Source: an uncultured Elusimicrobia bacterium | Lineage (GTDB): Bacteria > Elusimicrobiota > Elusimicrobia > F11 | Direction of reading: 5' to 3' | Assembly: GCA_964405835.1 (NCBI GenBank) | Contig: CAYOPN010000007.1 | Location: 1 to 59,051, forward strand | DNA length: 59,051 nt | Shown: in pieces, positions 49,301-54,571 of the stretch | How the letters are laid out: every line of letters starts with the position of its first letter | How positions within the stretch are numbered: the first letter of the stretch is position 1 | Translations under genes and position numbers: made by a program | The notes under the pieces: generated by a model | The model's input: the letters and a program-made list of their open reading frames with translations, nothing else | Told to the model about the DNA's origin: nothing | Database searches by the model: none

Positions 49301-51606
49301 TTGATTAATCCGGTGTTGAGTGGATAATCCAAACCGGCTCCGCTGTCGAGAACGGAATAACCGTTGGTAGTGCCCGAGATAGTTGTAGTGAAACCGGCTC
49401 CGACCGCGATCGATGAACTCATGTTGACAGTAAGCGTGGTGTTGCCGGCGGTTGTTTTCACCGGGTTGATGGTGAAGTTTCCGTTAAGAGTCAAACTTCC
49501 TCCTCCAATGGTGTAGGCACGGTCGGAGGTCAATGTCGGCGTAAGGGAAAACGCGTTCAAAGTGAATGTCCCAGAGAAAATTTGGACGTCGGCATCCGAG
49601 CCGATTGATAATGTGGACGTCGCTGGTGTAAAGGTCCCGTTTACAGTGAATAGCGGTCCCGTTGTTCCGTTTAGCGTTATGGCGGACGCGCCGGCGCTAA
49701 GAGTCCCGGCGGTGTCCACCAACAACCGTCCCGCCACCAACGCGAATCCACCTGTGGCCAATGACGCTGTGGCCGACCCCGAACCTGAAATGGACAAGAG
49801 ATCGTCTGTTTCCATGGCCACTCCCATGGTGACGGCCAATGCGCCGGATCCGGAGGGATTAATAATCAAATCATTGAGCACCGTGATAGATGTTGTTCCC
49901 ACGCTCCAAGCCCGCCCGGCTGATAAGTTCGGTGTTAGGGACAGATCGTAGAGAGTCATTCCGGATGCCGTCATCGTAATGGCCGCGTCGGAATTCATGA
50001 TGACTTCGGACGTTCCGGGGATAAATGTTCCACCTTCGGTCAACAGTGTGCCGCTTGTACCGTTCAGTGTGATGACGGAATCGTTGGCGTTCAATGTTGC
50101 GCCCGCCGCGACGTTGATGGCGCCGGCCGTTAACGCGTAGTTATTTCCGGTGGTGTCAAACACCGTCAATGCATTGGTGGTGCGTGTGATGGTCAGTGTT
50201 CTGGTTGAAACCACGGTCAAAGCGTCTCCCATGTTAACTGTCAATGTTTGTGCGCTTCCCGCCGTGGGGTTGATGTTCATGGCGCCCCAAACGGTAATGG
50301 CTCCGGTGCCGAACGTGTAAGCCTGCGGCGCTGTGATGGTTGGTGTCAAATTGAGATTGTTGAAGTCAACGCTGCCTTGCGTGAGTTGCACCGTGGCATT
50401 GGGAGAAAATATCACGTTGGAATATCCACGATTAAATGTACCCGCATTGGTCCACAGCGTCCCGCTCGTCCCGATCACCGTTACGGTGGAGTTGCGTGCG
50501 GTGAAAACACCATTGGCTTCCAAGTTAACGCGGCCAACCGTAGGCGCCCAATTGCTAACGGTGTCAAAAATAGAATCAGCATTCCCTGTTCCTGTGATGG
50601 TCAGGTTGGTCGCCGCCGCGCCCGTGATGGCTGCTCCCATGTTGACACTCAACGAGGCATCTCCAACGGTGGAGTTATCGGGATTAATGGTGAAGTCTCC
50701 CGTCATCGTGAGAACGCTGGTGCCGAATGTATAGGTGCGGTTTGCAGACAAAGTGGGCCTTAGTTCCAAGTGGTTTAAGGTCAATGTAGCGTTGTTGTTG
50801 ATGGTGACCGAAGCGTCGGATGTCACGGTCACCGTTGATCCTCCCTGATTAAATGTTCCGACGCGCGTGAACAGGGTTCCGGCTGCGCCTGTCAGAGTAA
50901 TTTGGGAATTGTTGGCGAGGAACGTGCTGTTGGTCGCCAAGTTTAAGAGTCCGGTTGTCAGCGCGTAGCTGTTGGTTGTCGTTGTGAACGTAGAGCGCGC
51001 ATTTGTGGTTGCTTGGACCGTGGTGGTGCCGCCAACTCGGATTGGCGCTCCCATGTTGATTTGCATGACGATCACGCCGGCACTGGCCTTGGTGGGATTA
51101 ATGTTGAAATCGCCCAAGACCGTTACCGAACTGGACCCGAACGTGTAGGTGTTGGCCAGTACCGTGGTGGTCGTAAACGACAGGTTATTGAACGTAATTG
51201 AACCGACGTTCACGTTGACGCTTGACGTAGAGACGATGAGGACAGTTGAGTTGTTGGCCAGGAAGGCTGTTGAATTGTAAACGGTGAAGGCGGTCTGGTT
51301 GGTGTGCGGATTGATTCTCAGTGTTCTGCTATTTGCATCCGCCCACAACTGGCCGCCGTCGTTGATGGTCAGTGTTCGAACGCTTGAACTCACATTTAAC
51401 GTGATGGTGTGTCCTTGAAGGATCGTCACCGTGTCGGTTGAACGGGGAACGGTATTGACGCAGCCCGTTCCGGTCCACGACGTGGGCGTGCCCCAATTCC
51501 CGCTCGTCACGTTTGATTGGCATGTCGCGGCATAAATGAACTTACTCATGCTCGCCATGGCAAGCATGAATAGCCCAAATTTACGAAGCGTGCTCAAATA
51601 CTTCAT
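37321..51606 (-). CDS. Giant 4761-aa secreted adhesin (4 beta-helix-like modules, 15 FN3-like domains, C-terminal subunit-like domain)
   Basis: Uninterrupted 14.3-kb ORF, signal peptide, T/S/N/G-rich; repeated modules counted by eye. Confidence 0.92.
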   Translation of the reverse strand: MKYLSTLRKFGLFMLAMASMSKFIYAATCQSNVTSGNWGTPTSWTGTGCVNTVPRSTDTVTILQGHTITLNVSSSVRTLTINDGGQLWADANSRTLRINPHTNQTAFTVYNSTAFLANNSTVLIVSTSSVNVNVGSITFNNLSFTTTTVLANTYTFGSSSVTVLGDFNINPTKASAGVIVMQINMGAPIRVGGTTTVQATTNARSTFTTTTNSYALTTGLLNLATNSTFLANNSQITLTGAAGTLFTRVGTFNQGGSTVTVTSDASVTINNNATLTLNHLELRPTLSANRTYTFGTSVLTMTGDFTINPDNSTVGDASLSVNMGAAITGAAATNLTITGTGNADSIFDTVSNWAPTVGRVNLEANGVFTARNSTVTVIGTSGTLWTNAGTFNRGYSNVIFSPNATVQLTQGSVDFNNLNLTPTITAPQAYTFGTGAITVWGAMNINPTAGSAQTLTVNMGDALTVVSTRTLTITRTTNALTVFDTTGNNYALTAGAINVAAGATLNANDSVITLNGTSGTLLTEGGTFIPGTSEVIMNSDAAITMTASGMTLYDLSLTPNLSAGRAWSVGTTSITVLNDLIINPSGSGALAVTMGVAMETDDLLSISGSGSATASLATGGFALVAGRLLVDTAGTLSAGASAITLNGTTGPLFTVNGTFTPATSTLSIGSDADVQIFSGTFTLNAFSLTPTLTSDRAYTIGGGSLTLNGNFTINPVKTTAGNTTLTVNMSSSIAVGAGFTTTISGTTNGYSVLDSGAGLDYPLNTGLINIAANGTYNAQNSTITLNGTAGTLMTRTGTFNEGFSLVIASANAAVTVFSGTQNLYNLSFLPTITAARTYTVGAGPHTINGDFIINPDKTTVGAAALTVNLGASGIVVAPDKTITITRTNNATTTLDTTATNYPITTGRLSLMTGGTLNGRSSLITLNGTTSPLWNQAGTFTTAGTTVTFTSDADVTLTNGTITFNFVTISPTLTANRTYEMGSGDLTMNGTFTIDPDKVSVGVATLTVNMGGAINVAATHNAILDGSGNAYSILDTVVGSNYSLNAGRLDLRAQATLRAQSATITLSATSGTLFAHAGVFESGNSIVTMTPNASVTLHSGTPSFYDLVLSPTVNAARAYTFGAGTVTVLNDFTVTPAGNNVLTVNLGGLLDVDADTLLTRTGTASSSMTTTTSNRPFQTGTLNVATNGFFYANGSSVIVNGLTGPLITRVGTYSAMTSTLTITSAASTVINSGTLTLMHLIIDTPNQTQTFGAAPTINGNLKIENGMLADGGFQIAGNATNLLTMAANTNFILGTAGTATTWPTNYTASRIALNALSTVTYNAGINQNISGTPVYGNLTLSAPSGTPTKTLLAATTATAKVTIEANNTLDVSATNLSLAIGGNYQNDGAFTSRNGTVTFNGTTAGLGLSGNMLGASDFNSLTFSGTGGQWTLNDPVSIGSTLTVTAGTLLGAVDVTVNGSVMGNGTNGTINLSGGTFEQRVALNQQFGSHIAGTNNWTFNNLTFSNSSAANRTITTSPLGTGRIIVNGDLTIGGASDTNSTTLNNNTNGRLIDVNGNMSINPLGVFQAGNINMRVRGDWSNAGVFTANTSSITLSGNTTQRIANAGQTFATIISSNISAGGVMFTSSFSASKMMLNTSDLNSSATMYFAGRSTFTVATFVVTGAAPYPVVLRSTHTGTYWHLNNTSTHTVRYVSVEDSNANSGLRIFDYPGGVSIDHNSNWAFGADTPSDFVFTSASTNTLSLGWSANVPAPDSYTLTFSTNSNFVAPTSTTSTGLTSATTSFLLVNTTYHARINSIVSGLLSDWSSTLSTATLARAPVTAASTWTAVNFTSVTVAWLGNGNPSPQTRYVLELSTVSAFNAGVTFSSSTYNLQATIQSMSHGETYYARVKAVNHSNIDTAWFLLGSTVTQAPSTPSNFRFTASSTHTLTTAWDAPVPPGNSYTFQVSTDSLFNGTVISSSTLNLFATSTAPLTANTTYYGRVNSINAGIASAWSTELATATLANIPASAASTWTFVNYTSFTVNWLANGNPTGITRYVVDLATASDFLTEEFYSSSTYNLSATFEDLFLGSTYFARIKAVNHGELNSSYLTVGSTKTTSPTTCNAAVSGNWDTAGTWVNCTGPGGFPATTDLITINSGISVIVNVDATVAGIVFAASNANNSLTQLSTVTLTVNGPVTMHQPLLDNRTTAWNLNASTATVGGLIMFAGTNDTTTRVSQINITSGELNAFNGFTFASSTAPAKVINMSGGAGQLNMKGNMTLPANSSTLNAGGSGSIFNYADDTSAQTVRFFTEGAYHNLYLNNTSASGATLGAAVTAANVTGHLRVQSGTFKNGGFGIVGNAGRTFEVSNGATFEMSGTSTFPTTFDTFTFGPTSRVRYLQTSTPLTLTTQTYGHLDLMPAGTATQNFPAGEITIEGDLSIGDGTNVTTVGANATGVLTVRGNWTNLGSFVHNNSTVVFAGASAQSVQHAGQGFGHVTSSNASAGGLIFNSSFSAARLFVNTVGLGSAATMYFNAGSTVTVSSFSITGSALYPAVLKSNVDGTPWHINNTSTHAVVYAQVKDSHAFAGRRILALPGSVDLGNNVNWVFEVNVPTGLDFNVVNISSFTAAWSPPSPAADTYTLETSTASDFTGTLTSSDTVNLYAVPFGTLIPNTTYFARVKSVINGVSSSWSSNASTVTLANIPASAASTWTAVNLTSITVSWLSNSNPTITWYTVQMSTASTFDGEDDIEITTQTVTTNFLNLNTATTYHARVKAVNHSEISTEWFLLGSTNTQTPVTCNANTVGTWSWTVGANWLNCTGPGGVPSATDIITINSGVNVIANVDATVGGIILASPGTNNSLTHLSTVTLTVNGNVTLSAATTANRTSGWNINNGTATVTGLISFPGAPVGTRISSITVTSGQLNALGGITFAANTINTNKIIVLSGSTAQLNLKGALTVPNPSATLTAGVGSIFNYNDDSAAQTISTFPAGGYNNLHVNNTSVSGATLGAAISATNVAGNLRVQSGTLKNGGLAIVGGAGDTFQVADGATFEMSGTSAFPTTFGTFTFGPTSRTRYLQSSAALNITVQSYGHLDLMPSATATRTFLAGANTIQGDLTIGDGTNATTVTANTNNTVLTVSSAVTINPNATFTAHASNPLVVRGDWRNNGVFTHNNSTISFQGISAQYVNNYGKPFANVLSSNTSAGGLVFSSSFSAARLLVNTNGLSPAATVYFAAGSTFTVSTFTITGTSGAPVVLRSIVTGNAWFLNNTTSYNVSYADVRDSNASGGRRIVNYPGGVDSGNNVNWVFGSNPPPTLQAINVALDSIGYSWSAATPLPDTYTLFVSTNSGFSAPLTSALNALTSDTTAGLKINTTYYARVIATIEGLDSAPTTVSTATLAEIPLSAASTWTAVNTTSITVTWLGNNNPFPATWFRVQLSTVPDFLSGTTLSSTTNNLNSTFSSLIPDSIYFGRVAAVNHSGVPTAFVNLGSTATLPVNAPTGLFISSAATNRLTGGWTASAPTGDSYTFQVSTASNFSGTITSSNTTLLIATTSASLSVNTTYYGRVNAIINGSSSPWSASVTTATLANQPASAASTWTAVNITSLTVNWLGNGNPAAVTQYAVQLTTVSDFLSGTLLNAETNSLDNIFDQLESGTVYYARVRAINHSGIPSDWQTLGSTHTIVSAIPKNLAFSSAATTALSATWQASAPPGDTYTLRVSTDSDFGGTIVSSTTGNLFATTMVPLIPNTTYYGQVSATVGGIPYPYSAYVTTPTLANIPLTAASTWTAVNVTSLTVNWLSNSNPSSTLYTVQLSTVSNFLSGTVHSSDTTDTAVLFESLLPFRAYFARVRAISHSNIPTSWLTNGSTTTLAPNMPNNFFFTSAATNTLSASWSQPVPAGTSYTMQVSTASDFSGSLVSSITANLFATLPATLSVNTTYYGRANAIVGIATSAWTTGIATATLANRPVTVASTWTAVNLTSFTVNWAQNGNPASVTRYMLQISTSTGFDGFDDIFISTFGLNAVVESLETATVYYGQVKAINHSDIDSAWFLLGSTNTRTPTTCNATTTGNWSNASIWTNCTGLGGFPSATDIITINSTITVTVNVDATVGGIIFAAPGAISSALTHSSTNVLIVNGNVVFNQPTTPSRNNSWNIGDASATVNGLINFAGASATTSRVSRIVIDNGTLNAYGGMTFAASANDTKIINMSGGAGRINLKGALSISNARLLTGTAGSVFNYADSSSGQTVQFFPAGSYENLHISNISGSGATLSAAITGTNVTGNVVVASGTFKNGGFAIAGNAGKSFHVMDDATFEMSGTSAFPTVFGTFTFDPLSRVRYLQTNTQNIAGQTFGHLDLVPAASATHNLPAATFNVLGDLTIGANATLNASSNQLISVGGNWSNSGLFNANSGTVTFNGAETQTLAGSTTFYALRAITSNTTIYFTPGTTQHVTHAVEFRDNTLRSISDDDPWHFRYAGSSQTLINVSVRDSNASAGALMQTQPLSVDLGNNTRWDFGSPSAVNNFSAFRSTFGAAIDLTWTSPGEDGSFGTLINSTFTIQYTTDTIFAEGNSWSPTAAQPAHVYRLNIATTNITAGSGQGRTITGLISGGTYYFRLWTTDINNNTSSISNGATTYAQPTNLSITLSTNTLSLPTPINLNTTLVISTGITVTNNGNVPATFEFAATTATPGSPWQIAATTATDRFVLWSIINATEPNATDFGVEDKLSDAFTRCTSTVISNSGSNCVDLPVGATRTIWFKLGMPGLTTTGNAQEIRITGKATVPD

Positions 51607-51636
51607 CGGATGTTTTCCGATGGCCCGGTTTTTTTC

Positions 51637-51990
51637 TCAGCGCCCTCTGGACAATTCCGCCAGCGTGAAACTGCACAGCGCCATGTTCACGCGTTTCTCC
51701 AACTGGATCCCAATGTCCGGATTGCTGGCGGTCGGGTCGACATCGATGGTGAGCGCTTCCATGACTTCCAGTGCCGTGATATTGGAGAGCGGTTTGGCGA
51801 GCCGGTAACCGACTCCTTTCAGCGCGATCACCAACCCCGCGTGGGCCAATGACTGCAGGACTTTTTGGGCATAGGCCGGTGGGATGTTTTGTTTCTTGGC
51901 GATCTGCTCTGCGTCTTGAAACTCAACGGGCGTTTTCGATAACTCGAACAAACACGCGACGCCGTACTTCACTTTTTGATTGATGCGCAT
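51637..51990 (-). CDS. Rrf2 family transcriptional regulator
   Basis: KYGVACLFEL, IAKKQNIPPAYAQKVLQSLAHAGLV..KG.GYRLAKP..ITALEVMEA; GGGAGG RBS. Confidence 0.9.
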   Translation of the reverse strand: MRINQKVKYGVACLFELSKTPVEFQDAEQIAKKQNIPPAYAQKVLQSLAHAGLVIALKGVGYRLAKPLSNITALEVMEALTIDVDPTASNPDIGIQLEKRVNMALCSFTLAELSRGR

Positions 51991-52070
51991 ACGATGACCT
52001 CCCTAATGATTCAATTATTGTTGCTGCATGACGGGACCACTAACGGACTGTCGCAGTCCGTTGGTTGGGC

Positions 52071-52111
52071 AAAAAAAATCCCGCGACCGTTTTTTAAACG
52101 GACCGGGATTT
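52071..52111 (-). terminator. Intrinsic terminator 80 nt upstream of the rrf2 start
   Basis: Minus strand AAATCCCG..CCGTTT/AAACGG..CGGGAT stem followed by U8. Confidence 0.65.
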
Positions 52112-52252
52112 CCTCTCTGAGCCGTGATCAATTTTTTGGTTTTCATGGTTAGAGAAACTTCCGACCAACCCAAAAAGGGTAACCGTGAAAAGGTTGATTC
52201 TCAATGGAAATGAGGAATAGAACTTAGGGGAGGGTTTTAAAAACGAGCTGAA

Positions 52253-52777
52253 TTATCGGTTCGAATTTGAAGGGGCGTAAAGAAATGCGATCAGCAGACC
52301 CAAGGCAACAGATATCGCGTTGAGTTGGACGTCATGAATGTCGTAGTGGCGGTGGGGAAGCAAACCTTGCAGCAGTTCATCGATCCATCCCGCCACACAT
52401 CCCAACACCCACGCCGAAATGTAGCGAACGGAAATTTTTGGAACATGATGGGAAAGAGCGCGCAGAAAAAACACGCCAACGAGACCATATTCAAAAAAAT
52501 GGACCTGTTCTTCCGGTGTTTTTACGGTGCGCGCCGCAAAATAATACGCGGCCCCGATCGCTACCAAGGGCAAAATTCTTTTGGGAGAAAATCCATGCCG
52601 CCGGATGAAAAGGACGATAATTCCGACGGAGGAGAGCGAAAAAAGGACCCCCAGCGAAATCCGGAGCCATCCGTGGGAGCGTAAAAAGGAAAGCGGTAGG
52701 CGCGCAACTTCGAGCGTGGCGTAAATTAATGCAACGTATCCAATTGCAATCAACCAATCGCGCGATTTTCCGCTCAT
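52253..52777 (-). CDS. VanZ-like membrane protein
   Basis: EEQVHFFEYG, GWIDELLQ..PHRHYDIHDVQLN; ATG 52777 preferred over TTG 52792. Confidence 0.8.
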   Translation of the reverse strand: MSGKSRDWLIAIGYVALIYATLEVARLPLSFLRSHGWLRISLGVLFSLSSVGIIVLFIRRHGFSPKRILPLVAIGAAYYFAARTVKTPEEQVHFFEYGLVGVFFLRALSHHVPKISVRYISAWVLGCVAGWIDELLQGLLPHRHYDIHDVQLNAISVALGLLIAFLYAPSNSNR

Positions 52778-52887
52778 GCGCCAACTATACAAATTGAAAT
52801 TGATCGAACTTTGGAAAGAATTTTGGAGATCTCACGTTCGCGCGCCGCTTTTAATATACAATGCCCGACGATAAAGACGTACCAAAC

Positions 52888-52908
52888 TAATCCACAGGGT
52901 TATCCCCA
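52888..52908 (+). promoter_or_regulatory. Two tandem DnaA-box-like 9-mers
   Basis: TAATCCACA and TTATCCCCA, each one mismatch from TTATCCACA, 3 nt apart. Confidence 0.35.
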
Positions 52909-52910
52909 CA

Positions 52911-53756
52911 GTGCACACCGCAGGTCCCCTATCCTTTTTCTGGCCGCAAGCGTTTTTGGGCAGTCATTTTGCCCCGGCGTTTTTCTTTTTAAGCCGGGAG
53001 CGCCGGCAGGCCTTGAAGATCTTGTATGCCGCGTTTCGTCTACTGGACGATACGGTGGACAAGCCCGGTGGTGACCCCCTTCCGGTGTTGAATGCGTGGA
53101 GGAAATTTTTTGAGACCCGGGACTCCCGGGCACTTCAGGAAGTGGGTCATGAGAGGATCGGGGCTGCATTAGAATCAGTTTTTAAAACATATGATATTCA
53201 TAGTCTTTCACTTTTAGACTTCATATCGTATGGTGTGGAAGCAGACTTGCAGGTCGGCCGCTTTGAAACTCCGATGGACACGGAACGTTACTGCTACGGC
53301 GTGGCTGGAACAGTGGGTGTGGCGTGCCTTCCTATATTTGGAGTTCCCTGGCAGGAAGCCAAAGAATTCGCGATCCGTTTGGGCATTGCGGTCCAGTGGA
53401 TCAATACCATCCGGGACGTCGGTGTCGATGCGGACATGGGACGAATCTATTTACCCCAAGAACATTTGGAAAATTTTGGAGTATTGGAGGGGGACCTATT
53501 GGCCCGTCGCCCGTCCGCTGGTTTTTTGGAGTTGATGCGTTATGAGGGGGACGTGGCGCGCGGTCATTACCGGCGCGCGCTGGAGTTGATGCCGAAAAAG
53601 TGGGAGCGCGAATTGCTTCCGGCCCGCATCATGGGATCTATTTATATGAAGCTGCTTGCGAAAATAGAAAAGCACAACTATCCTGTGCTAAGCAAAAAGA
53701 TCACGTTAAATATTGTTGAAAAAGGAACCGCGACATGGAACGCGGTATGGAGTTAG
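52911..53756 (+). CDS. Squalene/phytoene synthase family (HpnD/CrtB-like)
   Basis: GSHF, YAAFRLLDDTVD, YCYGVAGTVG, NTIRDVGVD and GRIYLP motifs. Confidence 0.88.
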   Translation: MHTAGPLSFFWPQAFLGSHFAPAFFFLSRERRQALKILYAAFRLLDDTVDKPGGDPLPVLNAWRKFFETRDSRALQEVGHERIGAALESVFKTYDIHSLSLLDFISYGVEADLQVGRFETPMDTERYCYGVAGTVGVACLPIFGVPWQEAKEFAIRLGIAVQWINTIRDVGVDADMGRIYLPQEHLENFGVLEGDLLARRPSAGFLELMRYEGDVARGHYRRALELMPKKWERELLPARIMGSIYMKLLAKIEKHNYPVLSKKITLNIVEKGTATWNAVWS

Positions 53757-53826
53757 GATGAACAGTGCGTACTTGAAAAACCGGCCGGCAGGCGCCTATC
53801 CTTATAAAGTGAAGGAGGGAAACCTT

Positions 53827-54555
53827 GTGGCCCTAAGAGCGATCATATTTGACTGCGACGGTGTGTTGGTTGATTCCGAACCAATTCATTTCTCTGCTTT
53901 TAAAAAGACCTTGGCTTCGCAAGGCGCCCAACTCTCCGAAGAACTCTACAAAGAGCGTTATCTGGCCCTTGATGACAAAGGGCTGTTTACCCGTTTTTTT
54001 CAGGACCAAAAACGCGAGTTGTCCATTGAAGAATTAAAGCAGTTGATCGACGCGAAAGGCGCGGCCTTCCAAGAGCTCATCCAATCCGAGGGCATCATGG
54101 CGTTTCCGGCGGTGCCGGAATTCGTGATGGCGGCTTCCCAGCGTTATCCGCTTGCGATTGCTTCCGGCGCGCGCCGGCATGACTTGGAGCTGGTGCTTGA
54201 AGCGGCGGGCATCCGTCCTTATTTTGAAATCATCATCAGCGCCGATGATGTGGAAAACGGCAAACCCAACCCCGAGAGTTATTTGAAAGCGGTGGAAGGG
54301 CTCAATGCCTCAGGCAAACGAACCACTCCGATCAAGCCCGAGGAATGCGCCGTTATTGAGGATTCCCGCGAAGGCATTGTTTCCGCGCACTCCGCCGGAA
54401 TGAAATGCATCGCCGTGGCGACGTCTTATCCGATCTTCGAGCTTTCGCATGCCGACTTGGTGCTTCCGGCCTTGGCATCGTTGAAAATATCGCAGGTCGA
54501 GGACCTGTTTCAGCCTCCGCAGCTTTTGGCTGTTCCCGCCCCACAAAACAACTAA
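53827..54555 (+). CDS. HAD phosphatase (beta-phosphoglucomutase-like)
   Basis: AAGGAGG then GTG; FDCDGVLVDSE, IASG, KPNPESY and IEDS motifs. Confidence 0.9.
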   Translation: MALRAIIFDCDGVLVDSEPIHFSAFKKTLASQGAQLSEELYKERYLALDDKGLFTRFFQDQKRELSIEELKQLIDAKGAAFQELIQSEGIMAFPAVPEFVMAASQRYPLAIASGARRHDLELVLEAAGIRPYFEIIISADDVENGKPNPESYLKAVEGLNASGKRTTPIKPEECAVIEDSREGIVSAHSAGMKCIAVATSYPIFELSHADLVLPALASLKISQVEDLFQPPQLLAVPAPQNN

Positions 54556-54571
54556 AGAGGAACTGGTTTCC

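Noticed and set aside
37321-51606. Classical autotransporter, CdiA/TpsA or RTX protein
   Set aside because: No C-terminal translocator barrel, TPS domain, toxin tip or GGxGxD nonapeptides; the C-terminus is subunit-like.
52015-52146. 43-codon leader peptide or known riboswitch upstream of rrf2
   Set aside because: No good SD or regulatory codon run, and no match I can recognise to c-di-GMP, glycine or other riboswitch consensus.
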